DNA of 64,000 nucleotides from Candidatus Bathyarchaeia archaeon (GTDB lineage Archaea; Thermoproteota; Bathyarchaeia; Bathyarchaeales; Bathycorpusculaceae): positions 1 through 64,000 of the forward strand of contig JAVZLK010000005.1 of the NCBI GenBank assembly GCA_038883795.1, written 5' to 3'. A program made the position numbers and the translations under genes. The first letter of the stretch is position 1. Each line of letters starts with the position of its first letter. Shown in pieces: positions 1-8,070 of the stretch. A model generated the notes under the pieces. The model saw only the letters and a list, made by a program, of their open reading frames with translations. It did not search any database and was not told the origin of the DNA.

Positions 1-393
1 GCAATTCTTAACACGATTCCGAAAAATTCTCCATTAATCTTTGGAGGCTACCCCATTAGGGGCTTCGCAAGGCAATATACGCGACAAAGGAGGAAGGCTG
101 CTGAAAAGCTTGGAAACCCGAGGCTTTTGCAGATAACTTTTCACACCTTTCGCCATTGGAAAGCTACCATGGAATATTATAAGACAAGGGATATCCTCTA
201 TGTGATGAGGCTTCTCGGCCACAAAAACATTAAGAATACGCTGGTTTACACGCAGCTGGTGGATTTCAAAAACGACGATGATTTCGTCTGTAAGGTTGCA
301 TCAACCAACGAAGAAATAGCCCAACTAATAGAGGCCGGGTTTGAATATGTATGCGAGCATAACGGAGCTAAATTCTTCAGAAAACGCAAATAA
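1..393 (+). CDS. Tyrosine recombinase/integrase, C-terminal part (5' truncated by window edge)
   Basis: Frame 1 is open from base 1 (AILNTIPK...) to the stop at 391-393; contains HTFRH (HxxR) and LLGHKNIKNTLVY with the catalytic His/Tyr. Confidence 0.9.
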   Translation, partial: AILNTIPKNSPLIFGGYPIRGFARQYTRQRRKAAEKLGNPRLLQITFHTFRHWKATMEYYKTRDILYVMRLLGHKNIKNTLVYTQLVDFKNDDDFVCKVASTNEEIAQLIEAGFEYVCEHNGAKFFRKRK

Positions 394-407
394 GTTATCC
401 ATTGCAG

Positions 408-459
408 GCCGGGGGTTCATTCCATCTAAGCCCGGGGTTCATCCAACCAAGCCGGGGGT
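408..459. repeat. Degenerate 21-22 bp tandem repeat, third copy is the tRNA 3' end
   Basis: gccgggggttcattccatctaa (408-429), gcccggggttcatccaaccaa (430-450), gccgggggt (451-459). Confidence 0.75.
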
Positions 460-522
460 GGGAGTTGAACCCACATATAGCTGCTCTGCAGGCAGCCGCC
501 TGAACCGTTCGGCCACCCCGGC
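450..522 (-). tRNA. tRNA-Cys (GCA), no intron, CCA not encoded
   Basis: Reverse complement GCCGGGGTGGCCGAACGGTTCAGGCGGCTGCCTGCAGAGCAGCTATATGTGGGTTCAACTCCCACCCCCGGCT folds as a cloverleaf; anticodon arm GCTGC-CTGCAGA-GCAGC; U73 discriminator. Confidence 0.95.
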
Positions 523-556
523 AATTATGATTATTTTTGAAGTTTAATAAAAATGT

Positions 557-1591
557 TTAAGTTATTCCAAGTTTTTTGGCTGTTTCTTTGTAGATTTTTT
601 GGGCTTCTTTTTCGTTTTTTATGTTTTTTATGAGCATGCGCCCGTTGTTGAAGAGGGTTATTTCGAATTGTTTATAGTTGAAGATTATGGCGAGTTGGGA
701 TTTTATTTGGGTTTTGAAGTTTTGTTTGATTTTTTCGTATATTTGGTTGAGGTTTAGTTTTAGGGGTTTTTCTGGGTTTACATTGACTGTGTTTTGTCCA
801 CATAGCCAAACGAGTTTTTCTCTTTTTTCTGTGGGGGTTATTGTGCCTTGGCATGCTGGGCAGTTTTCCCTTTTATATATGTCTATGGTTGTGAAGTACA
901 TGTCGCTGAAGTCGCAGATCATTAGTTTTCCTTTCAAAGTGGAGCCCATGCCCGTTAGGGTTTTTATTGTTTCCATGGCTTGCATGGTTCCAATAATGCC
1001 TGGAGTGACTCCCAACACGCCACGCACATCGCATGTTAATAGGGTGCTATCGTCGATGTTTGGAAGAATACATTCTAAGCATGGAGTTTCTGGCGGGGCG
1101 AAAACGGAGAGGTTGCCTTCAATTCCTATGGCGGCTCCAAAAACGTATGGAATTTGAAGTTTTGCGCATGCTCTGTTAACCAAGTAGCGGGTTCGCATGT
1201 TATCTAAGCCATCCACAACGCAGTCCATTCCAGAAATCAGTTTTTCAACATTGTTTGCGTTTAAGTTTTCGGGGATGGGTTCAACTTTTACCAGGGGGTT
1301 GATTTTTGTTAGCCTTTTTGCTGAAACCTCAGCTTTTGGATAGTGCAAATCTTGTGGTGTGTATAAGACTTGTCTATGAAGGTTATGTATTTCTACGGTG
1401 TCTTGGTCTATTAGGCGTATGTGTCCAACTCCAGCGAGAGCCAAATAAAGGGATGAGGCGGTGCCTAATCCGCCAAGCCCAACTATGGCGACTTTTGATT
1501 TTGAAAGTTTTTTCTGTCCTTCTTTGCCTAGTTCTTTTAGGATTGTTTGGCGACTGTAAAATTCTTCGTACAAGACTTTTTTCTTTGACAT
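557..1591 (-). CDS. HesA/MoeB/ThiF family E1-like adenylyltransferase
   Basis: YSRQ, GLGGLG, NLHRQ, two CxxC zinc motifs, catalytic-Cys motif TCDVRGVLG. Confidence 0.9.
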   Translation of the reverse strand: MSKKKVLYEEFYSRQTILKELGKEGQKKLSKSKVAIVGLGGLGTASSLYLALAGVGHIRLIDQDTVEIHNLHRQVLYTPQDLHYPKAEVSAKRLTKINPLVKVEPIPENLNANNVEKLISGMDCVVDGLDNMRTRYLVNRACAKLQIPYVFGAAIGIEGNLSVFAPPETPCLECILPNIDDSTLLTCDVRGVLGVTPGIIGTMQAMETIKTLTGMGSTLKGKLMICDFSDMYFTTIDIYKRENCPACQGTITPTEKREKLVWLCGQNTVNVNPEKPLKLNLNQIYEKIKQNFKTQIKSQLAIIFNYKQFEITLFNNGRMLIKNIKNEKEAQKIYKETAKKLGIT

Positions 1592-1616
1592 TTTGTCTTC
1601 CCTATCATTTAGTATT

Positions 1617-3311
1617 TTAACTGGTTTTATATCTACCCTTTTTTAGAAATTGTTTTTCATAGATTTCTCTAACACGCTGTATCGTGTCTGCTTCTTCTGG
1701 GTTTTTGTCTTCTCTTATGCGGTTTATTCTTGCAAAACGCAAAGCCATGCCGCACTTGTATTTTGGGCTTTTCTGAATTTCGTTATATGTTACTTCAACA
1801 ACTATTTTTGGAACTACAACAACTCTTCTTGGCTCTTCCTTTATGGTTAACTCTTTAAGGCGTTTTGTCATTTCAATGATTTCTGCATCTGTTAATCCCT
1901 TGAATGTCTTGCCAACAGTTAGATATTCTCCAGTTTCCGCATCACGCGCAGCCAAATAGTAGTCTGAAAGCCATTCATGTCTTCGCCCATAACCGTATTC
2001 AGCTGCAACAATAACCAAATCTAAGGGTTCGAGAACGGGTTTTATTTTGAGCCAATGTTTTCCACGGATTCCTGGCGTGTATGGGCTGTCAATTCTTTTT
2101 GCCATTAACCCCTCATGCCCAGCGTCTACAGCCTCTTTTAAAAATTGTTCTGCTTCCTCGCGTTTGTCTGTAATTATTTGTTTTGTTAATGGTATTTCTC
2201 CAGCATTTTCAGTCAGTATTTTTCTTCTCTGCAAATATGGAAGCGTGATTAAACTTTCGCCGTTTAGGTATAAAATGTCGAAGAGGTAAAGCTGCACGGG
2301 AATTTTTTCAGCCAATTCCTCTATTGCGTGGACTCTTTTGAATCTGCGCATTAGGTGCTGAAATGGTATGGGATAACCGCGTTTGTCTATTGCTATTACT
2401 TCTCCTTCGAAAATGGCTTCCTTCGCCCTTACATTTTCTCTGGCTTTTTCAACGATTTCTGGCAGGCTTGCAGTTACATCTGTAAGTCTTCGGCTGAAAA
2501 CTTTAATTTCGTCGTCGAGTTTATGGATTTGGATTCTAGCCCCGTCCAACTTGTATTCGAGAGCTGTTTTTCCTCCATGCTCCTTTAGGGCTTCTGTGAC
2601 GTCGTTTGCCATTTGAGCCAGCATAAGCCTAACTGGTCTAAAAACTTTAAAACCAACTTTTAGTAGACTTTCCTTACCTTCCTTTTTAGCTAGGGCGGCA
2701 ACTTCTCCAATATCACCTAAAGTCATGCTTGCCCTCTGCACTTCTTTGATGGGAATTTGGAAGGCTTTTGAAACAGCTTGCTCCATTAACCCTTCATGGA
2801 AGCCTGTTCGCATTTCCCCTATGAAAATTTTAACCAAATATTTGGCTTCGAGTGGAGAAGCAGCACTTATTAGGGCTTCTATTAGGCGTTCCTTTTTTTC
2901 CCTTGAGCCGTATCCTGTGGCTTCGGCTATAGCCTCCAGTTGGTGTCTAACTTCGGTTATTGTTAATGGTCTTTGGAAAAGGGTTGCTTGCCGTTTGATT
3001 TTGCTTTTTTCAAAGATTTCTTTTGTGGCTGAGCCTATGTCGCCAGTTTTGCTGAAAGCTTCAATAAAGACTGCCCATTCAACGCTTGCTATGCGTTTTA
3101 TTATTTCGCTTAGGGTTGCCCAACTAACATCAAGCGTTTGTTGGCTCCATTTTGGGAAGGGTCTCCCGAGAATCATGGAGGCGGCTGGCTCAACCTCTTC
3201 TGCATCCAAACTTTTTAGGAATTCTGCCACAAGGTCTATCATTTGAAGTCGTTTGGTTGTGGCTTCAAGTTTTTCGCAAAGCTCTGCTAATGTTATGAAA
3301 GGAGTCTGCAT
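1617..3311 (-). CDS. lig: ATP-dependent DNA ligase
   Basis: EYKLDGAR (KxDG), EGLMAK, WLKIK, ALRFARI motifs; 564 aa. Confidence 0.95.
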   Translation of the reverse strand: MQTPFITLAELCEKLEATTKRLQMIDLVAEFLKSLDAEEVEPAASMILGRPFPKWSQQTLDVSWATLSEIIKRIASVEWAVFIEAFSKTGDIGSATKEIFEKSKIKRQATLFQRPLTITEVRHQLEAIAEATGYGSREKKERLIEALISAASPLEAKYLVKIFIGEMRTGFHEGLMEQAVSKAFQIPIKEVQRASMTLGDIGEVAALAKKEGKESLLKVGFKVFRPVRLMLAQMANDVTEALKEHGGKTALEYKLDGARIQIHKLDDEIKVFSRRLTDVTASLPEIVEKARENVRAKEAIFEGEVIAIDKRGYPIPFQHLMRRFKRVHAIEELAEKIPVQLYLFDILYLNGESLITLPYLQRRKILTENAGEIPLTKQIITDKREEAEQFLKEAVDAGHEGLMAKRIDSPYTPGIRGKHWLKIKPVLEPLDLVIVAAEYGYGRRHEWLSDYYLAARDAETGEYLTVGKTFKGLTDAEIIEMTKRLKELTIKEEPRRVVVVPKIVVEVTYNEIQKSPKYKCGMALRFARINRIREDKNPEEADTIQRVREIYEKQFLKKGRYKTS

Positions 3312-3403
3312 AAAGTCTAACCTATCCTATCCTAGAATTTTCAAATGTTAAATTACAGAGATAAGTGTTCTTTTGTTAATGACAAAAAAGGGAAGAGTGC
3401 GTT

Positions 3404-3784
3404 TTAGAATGAGGCTTCCAGTTTTTCCTTAACTTCCTTTATTTTCTTTTCTAGCTCCTTAACCTTTTCCTTATCCTTTAATGCGATGTAGCAGTCTCTT
3501 GCATATTCTAAGGCGCTTACCCCAAACCTGTCAAAACCTTTGTTGAAGGATAGTTCTGCGGATTTGAGGAAATTTTCCGCAGCCTTTTCATGGTCTTTAA
3601 GCATGTAAGCGCATTCTCCAGCCTTAAAAAGCATGGATGTGGCGTCAAAGAAGTTGTTAGCTTTACGGTATAGTTCTGAGGCTTGCAGAAATTTTTCCAT
3701 AGCTTCTTTGTATTTTCCAGTTTCATAAAGCGTATTCGCATCCTTGTGCAGTTTTACCGGGTCTTCCTTAACCTTTTCGCTCAT
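3404..3784 (-). CDS. Short TPR/SNAP-like helical repeat protein
   Basis: Repeated A..F..A.EL helical pattern; 126 aa. Confidence 0.65.
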   Translation of the reverse strand: MSEKVKEDPVKLHKDANTLYETGKYKEAMEKFLQASELYRKANNFFDATSMLFKAGECAYMLKDHEKAAENFLKSAELSFNKGFDRFGVSALEYARDCYIALKDKEKVKELEKKIKEVKEKLEASF

Positions 3785-3911
3785 AATGTCTCAACTCGCA
3801 TTTTGCTATTTATGAGCATAACACTTCCATTTAGGGTTTTCCCATTTTACACGCCTAAACAATTCTAATATAACTGTAGATGTTTAAAGAAATTTGGCTG
3901 AAGGGAAAAGC

Positions 3912-4646
3912 ATGAAAATTTGCGACGCCCACGTGCATTTGGGAAAGTCGGGACCTTGGCAACCATACATAAATCCGACAATCTACACGGATGAGCTTAT
4001 TCGGCTCTTTGACAAGTATAATGTTGAACGGGCAATAGTTTTTCCAAACCCAAATGTTGGCGATGAATATCCAAAAATGAACGAATACATAGCAAAATCC
4101 GTTAAGAGGTATCCAAAAAGGCTAATAGGGTTTGGACGAGTAGATCCAAGAAGGAAAGACGCCATAAAAGAGTTGACTGGCATAAAAAATGGCTTGGGCT
4201 TGACGGGGGTCAAGTTGCATCCGATGGTGGAATGTTTCAGACCAGACCATCCCTTCTTCAACAAATTTTTCAAGAAAACCAACGCCCTAAATCTCCCAAT
4301 ACTTTTCCATTCTGGAGACGGATTTTCCTCTCCAGGGCTTATCCTAAAAATTGCTAAGAAATATCCAAAACTTCTCATAATTCTTGCACATCTGCGAGAA
4401 GCATCGGTTAACGCCTTAAAAGAATGCGAAAATGTTTATGTTGAAACCTCTGGCACATTGCCAGACTTCATTGAACTTTCAGTTGACATAGACGAAAATC
4501 GAATATTGTTTGGCTCCGACATTCCCTATTACCGGTATCCAACCCAAATAGCAACAGTTGAGGCTGCAGAAATTTCGCAAAAAACTAAAAGAAAAATTTT
4601 CTATGAAAACTTCCAAAAATTGTTCAGCCAAAATAATGAAGGCTAA
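3912..4646 (+). CDS. Amidohydrolase_2 family metal-dependent hydrolase
   Basis: DAHVH, GVKLHP, ILFHSG, ILFGSD motifs; ATG at 3912 preferred over TTG at 3894. Confidence 0.88.
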   Translation: MKICDAHVHLGKSGPWQPYINPTIYTDELIRLFDKYNVERAIVFPNPNVGDEYPKMNEYIAKSVKRYPKRLIGFGRVDPRRKDAIKELTGIKNGLGLTGVKLHPMVECFRPDHPFFNKFFKKTNALNLPILFHSGDGFSSPGLILKIAKKYPKLLIILAHLREASVNALKECENVYVETSGTLPDFIELSVDIDENRILFGSDIPYYRYPTQIATVEAAEISQKTKRKIFYENFQKLFSQNNEG

Positions 4647-6054
4647 ACCACTTATGACTCTTAAATGTGTTAAATGCAAATCAAAATTTCCATATTCGCC
4701 ATTTCTAGGCAGATGCAACAATTGCGACGGAACCATCGAATATGATTTAGGTTTGCCAAAAAAGGGCAAAATCAAATTTTTTGGGCGCTTCAGTTTTTGG
4801 CGATATAAAATTCTACTTCCGCCAACTCGCCATCAAATCAGCTTAGGCGAGGGCGGAACACCTCTCCACAAAGCCTTAAGGCTTGCCAAAAGTTTGGGTT
4901 TGCAAGAATTATATTTGAAGGATGAAACCCGAAACCCCACAAACTCTTATAGAGACAGAGCTGCCGCGCTTTATGTATCAAATGCTGTCGACCTCAAGCA
5001 CGACACTTTAGTTTGTGCATCTAATGGAAATTTAGGCGCCTCTTTGGCTGCATATTGTGCTAAGGCTGGACTAAACTGCCACTTAATTGTACCAAAACTC
5101 GTGGACGTTGGAAAATTGGCGCAGATGCTAGTTTATGATGCCACAATAGAAGAGTTTGGGGAAATTTTGGACGACTCCATAGGTAAGGCTGAAACCTTGG
5201 CAAAGGAGATGAATTGGTATCAAGCTACAGCCGAATTAAATCCATTGGCAATTGAGGCTCAGAAAACAATTTCTTATGAGGTTTATGAGCAATTTGGCGT
5301 TCCAGACTACTTCATAGTGCCCATGGGAAGCGGTGGAACAATCTATTCCATCTGGAAAGGCTTCAAAGAACTCAAACAGCTCAAAATAGCAGATTCGCTG
5401 CCAAAAATGGTTGGTGTTCAACCAGAAGGAAGCTCGTCCATAGTCAAAACATTTTTAGAAGGACAAACAAAAATACTGAAAATCTCTAAACCATCCACCC
5501 ATGCCTTAGCCGTTTTAGTATCCCAACCGCTCCAGGGTGAGCTTGCCATAAAAGCCATAAAAGAATCAGAGGGCTTAGCCTTAACAGTTTCTGACCAAGA
5601 AATCTTCTCAGCAGAACTTCAAATAGCCAAACTTGAAGGAATGTTCGCAGAACCAGCAAGCTCAGCAACAGTCGCAGCCCTAAGAAAGCTTATTGAAACC
5701 GAAAAAATTGATAAAGGTAATAGTGTTGTCTGCTTAATCAGTGGAAGCGGACTCAAAGCTACAGATGTGCTCCACGCCTTAACCAAAAAGCAAAAAACAG
5801 CAAAAGTAGGCTTAGAACTAAGCACAAAAGAGAAGATATTACGGATTCTTAGCGAAAAAGATACTTATGGTTACGATTTATGGAAAAAACTCGCAAAAAC
5901 AATGACACGCGCCGCGATATACCAACACCTAAACGAACTTTCAGAGAAAGGTCTGATAATAAGCTATACAAAAAATGGGAAAAGATTCTTCAAAATAACG
6001 GAGCGCGGCAAAAAAGCTTTACAAGCGATGGATGATTTGAAACTTCTCTTTTAG
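4636..6054 (+). CDS. Threonine-synthase-fold (PLP fold type II) protein with Lys-to-Arg at the PLP site, fused to a C-terminal PadR-type wHTH
   Basis: N-terminal CxxC/CxxC ribbon, SLGEGGTPL, NPTNSYRDR (canonical SFKDR), ASNGN, VPMGSGG, ISGSGLK; C-terminal ~75 aa with YGY, IYQHL..L...GLI, ITERG. Confidence 0.88.
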   Translation: MKAKPLMTLKCVKCKSKFPYSPFLGRCNNCDGTIEYDLGLPKKGKIKFFGRFSFWRYKILLPPTRHQISLGEGGTPLHKALRLAKSLGLQELYLKDETRNPTNSYRDRAAALYVSNAVDLKHDTLVCASNGNLGASLAAYCAKAGLNCHLIVPKLVDVGKLAQMLVYDATIEEFGEILDDSIGKAETLAKEMNWYQATAELNPLAIEAQKTISYEVYEQFGVPDYFIVPMGSGGTIYSIWKGFKELKQLKIADSLPKMVGVQPEGSSSIVKTFLEGQTKILKISKPSTHALAVLVSQPLQGELAIKAIKESEGLALTVSDQEIFSAELQIAKLEGMFAEPASSATVAALRKLIETEKIDKGNSVVCLISGSGLKATDVLHALTKKQKTAKVGLELSTKEKILRILSEKDTYGYDLWKKLAKTMTRAAIYQHLNELSEKGLIISYTKNGKRFFKITERGKKALQAMDDLKLLF

Positions 6055-6056
6055 GT

Positions 6057-6071
6057 CGAAAAGCTAATATA
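6057..6071 (+). promoter_or_regulatory. Probable BRE + TATA box of the S component gene
   Basis: cgaaaag followed by ctaatata, about 45-50 bp upstream of the start codon. Confidence 0.55.
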
Positions 6072-6092
6072 GTATAGTTATAACTATACTAT
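6069..6092. promoter_or_regulatory. Perfect 24-bp palindrome, candidate operator
   Basis: ATAGTATAGTTA|TAACTATACTAT in the 60-bp gap between the wHTH gene and the transporter gene. Confidence 0.8.
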
Positions 6093-6114
6093 TTCTTCTC
6101 AACTTGCACGGTGT

Positions 6115-7029
6115 TTGTTGATGGAAAAGCAATTAACGGTAAAAGTATTTTCGGGCATAGGCGGATTTTTAGCAGCGGCAATTTCAATTCTAGAAGTTTT
6201 CACCATCTTATCTGATATGGGGTTTGTGATATTTGAGAAAATAAGTTTAACAGATTCCCAAAAAATATTCATCAGCCTTCTAATTTTCTTTGGCTTATTT
6301 AGCGCTATTCTCGAGTTGGCCAGTATTTATTTTATGCGCAAAGGACATACAAAGGCTAGCTCTATCTCAAGTTTTGCAGGAGCGATATCAGCATTACTTG
6401 GGCTTTTAACCCCAAGCATTTTTGGATTCGCTCAATCTAGCGTTTTTCTGGTCGGTATGATAGTTAGCATGATTTTTATGGGAACCAGTGCAGTAATCGC
6501 TTCAACTGTGCCGTCAAAAGCGATTAGGGGTCCACTTTTAACAAGTGTAGAAGTTGCTGTTGTAGCTTCATTTTCGGCTTTGTACGCTGTATCGATAGTT
6601 ATTACATTTCAAATATATCCGATTCCATCACCAACTGGAGGTTTCCTACATTTCGGAGATTTTGTTGTGTTTCTAGTCGCTTTACTTTTTGGGGTAAAAG
6701 TAGGAGGACTCGTTGGAGTTGTAGGCGCTGTCGTAGCAGATTTTTACCTTGCCTATCCTCGTTGGTATGTCTCAATCATTGCGCATGGACTGGAAGGTGT
6801 CATACCAGGATTTACAAAGAAGAAAAATTTTGTGTTACAATTGATTGCATGCATAATAGGCGGCTTTCTTATGGCTGCAACCTACTTCTTCGTAAACATA
6901 TTCATTAAGGGCTATCCTGTTGCTGTCATCTCTTTTGTTCAAGACCTTTTCCTTCAAGCTGGAGCCTCAATAGCCGTAGGATTACCCATAGTCAAGATTG
7001 TAGAAAGAATATTGCCGTGGTTCCGTTAA
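6115..7029 (+). CDS. ECF transporter S component (HmpT-like) with an extra N-terminal membrane domain
   Basis: C-terminal half has P.PTGGFLHFGD...ALLFG...G...ADFYLAYP.W....HGLEG; N-terminal ~135 aa has about four extra hydrophobic helices. Confidence 0.8.
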   Translation: MLMEKQLTVKVFSGIGGFLAAAISILEVFTILSDMGFVIFEKISLTDSQKIFISLLIFFGLFSAILELASIYFMRKGHTKASSISSFAGAISALLGLLTPSIFGFAQSSVFLVGMIVSMIFMGTSAVIASTVPSKAIRGPLLTSVEVAVVASFSALYAVSIVITFQIYPIPSPTGGFLHFGDFVVFLVALLFGVKVGGLVGVVGAVVADFYLAYPRWYVSIIAHGLEGVIPGFTKKKNFVLQLIACIIGGFLMAATYFFVNIFIKGYPVAVISFVQDLFLQAGASIAVGLPIVKIVERILPWFR

Positions 7030-7032
7030 ATT

Positions 7033-8070
7033 CTATGATTTTTTAAGTAATTGGTATATTCCTCCAGAGATGAAGGCTAATGCTCTCGCAATGTCTATTG
7101 GCGGATAAAGGATTATTCTTTTGTATTTTTTGTCTCCTTTTTTAATGGTTTGATATCCATAAAAAATCATAAGTCCAAAAAATGGAAGTAACAGCATTGT
7201 TAACAGAATTATTTGAGATATAAATGAACTGGTCAAATAGACGTGTATTGCTAATGCCAGCATTGCTGAACTCCATGTGAGAAAGCCGATTATGCAAAGG
7301 AGAATCCATTTTGGAAATGCGCTTTTTATCCCCATTTTTCTTAACATTAAACCTAAACCTCGCCCATAACTGAAATTTTGTTTTAAAAGTTCCTTTAAAG
7401 CTGGTCTATGCTTATGCTTCACTAAAACCTCTGGGTCCAAAATCATCGTGTATCCTTCTCTGCATATTCTCTCAACAAGCTCGTCCTCATCAAAACCATA
7501 CTTAATGCCTTCATTAAACAACCCAACTTTGTTTAACGCATCCCGCTTCACAGCCATGTTGCAGCCAGCTGGATATTTTTGAGGGGGCATAACAGAGTTT
7601 AACGCTTCCTTTTTTCTGAAAATTCTCATAACTGGAATGAAGCTTTCATCAGAATAATGGGACAAAAAACTATCATAATATCCAACTACATTTCCCCCAA
7701 CACAACCAACATTATCAAAATCTCGAAAATTATCAACTATTCTGATTAACCAGTCTTTTGGTACGATGCAATCAGCATCAGTGAAAGCAACAATTTCCCC
7801 ATTACTATTTTTTAAACCCGTGTTTCTCGCCGCGTTTAATCCCGGTCTTTCTTCTAACAAAAGTTTGACAGGATACTGCGAAACTATTTCTCTTGTGTTG
7901 TCTGTGGAATTTCCATCAACCACAATAATTTCCAGTTTATCCTTATCATAGTCGATTTGCATGAGAGAATCCAAGAGCTCTTTTATGTATGCAGCTCCAT
8001 TTTTAACGGGAACTATTACTGAAATTTTTGGGCGATATTCGCCTTTCTCTTGCAAGGGCTTTGCCTTCAT
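7033..8070 (-). CDS. Glycosyltransferase family 2 with C-terminal membrane segment
   Basis: ISVIVP, VVDGNSTD, ARNTG, FTDADC. Confidence 0.9.
   Translation of the reverse strand: MKAKPLQEKGEYRPKISVIVPVKNGAAYIKELLDSLMQIDYDKDKLEIIVVDGNSTDNTREIVSQYPVKLLLEERPGLNAARNTGLKNSNGEIVAFTDADCIVPKDWLIRIVDNFRDFDNVGCVGGNVVGYYDSFLSHYSDESFIPVMRIFRKKEALNSVMPPQKYPAGCNMAVKRDALNKVGLFNEGIKYGFDEDELVERICREGYTMILDPEVLVKHKHRPALKELLKQNFSYGRGLGLMLRKMGIKSAFPKWILLCIIGFLTWSSAMLALAIHVYLTSSFISQIILLTMLLLPFFGLMIFYGYQTIKKGDKKYKRIILYPPIDIARALAFISGGIYQLLKKS

Larger units (their letters stand above)
1..459. mobile_element. Probable right end of an element integrated at the tRNA-Cys 3' end
   Basis: The integrase stop lies 57 bp from the tRNA 3' end and partial copies of the tRNA terminus sit between them; the other att site would be outside the window. 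Confidence 0.55.

Noticed and set aside
408-459. Possible mini CRISPR array
   Set aside because: Units are contiguous with no spacers, derive from the tRNA end, and no cas genes are in the window.
341-547. 68-aa plus-strand ORF
   Set aside because: Runs antisense through the tRNA-Cys gene and the repeats; no protein features.
3859-3882. Possible second copy of the 24-bp operator upstream of the amidohydrolase
   Set aside because: Only a partial half-site (TATAACTGTA) matches, about 12 of 24 positions in AT-rich DNA.
4636-8070. Identical MKAKPL N-termini in the ThrC-like protein and the GT2 at 8070
   Set aside because: Codons differ and the similarity does not extend; treated as coincidence.
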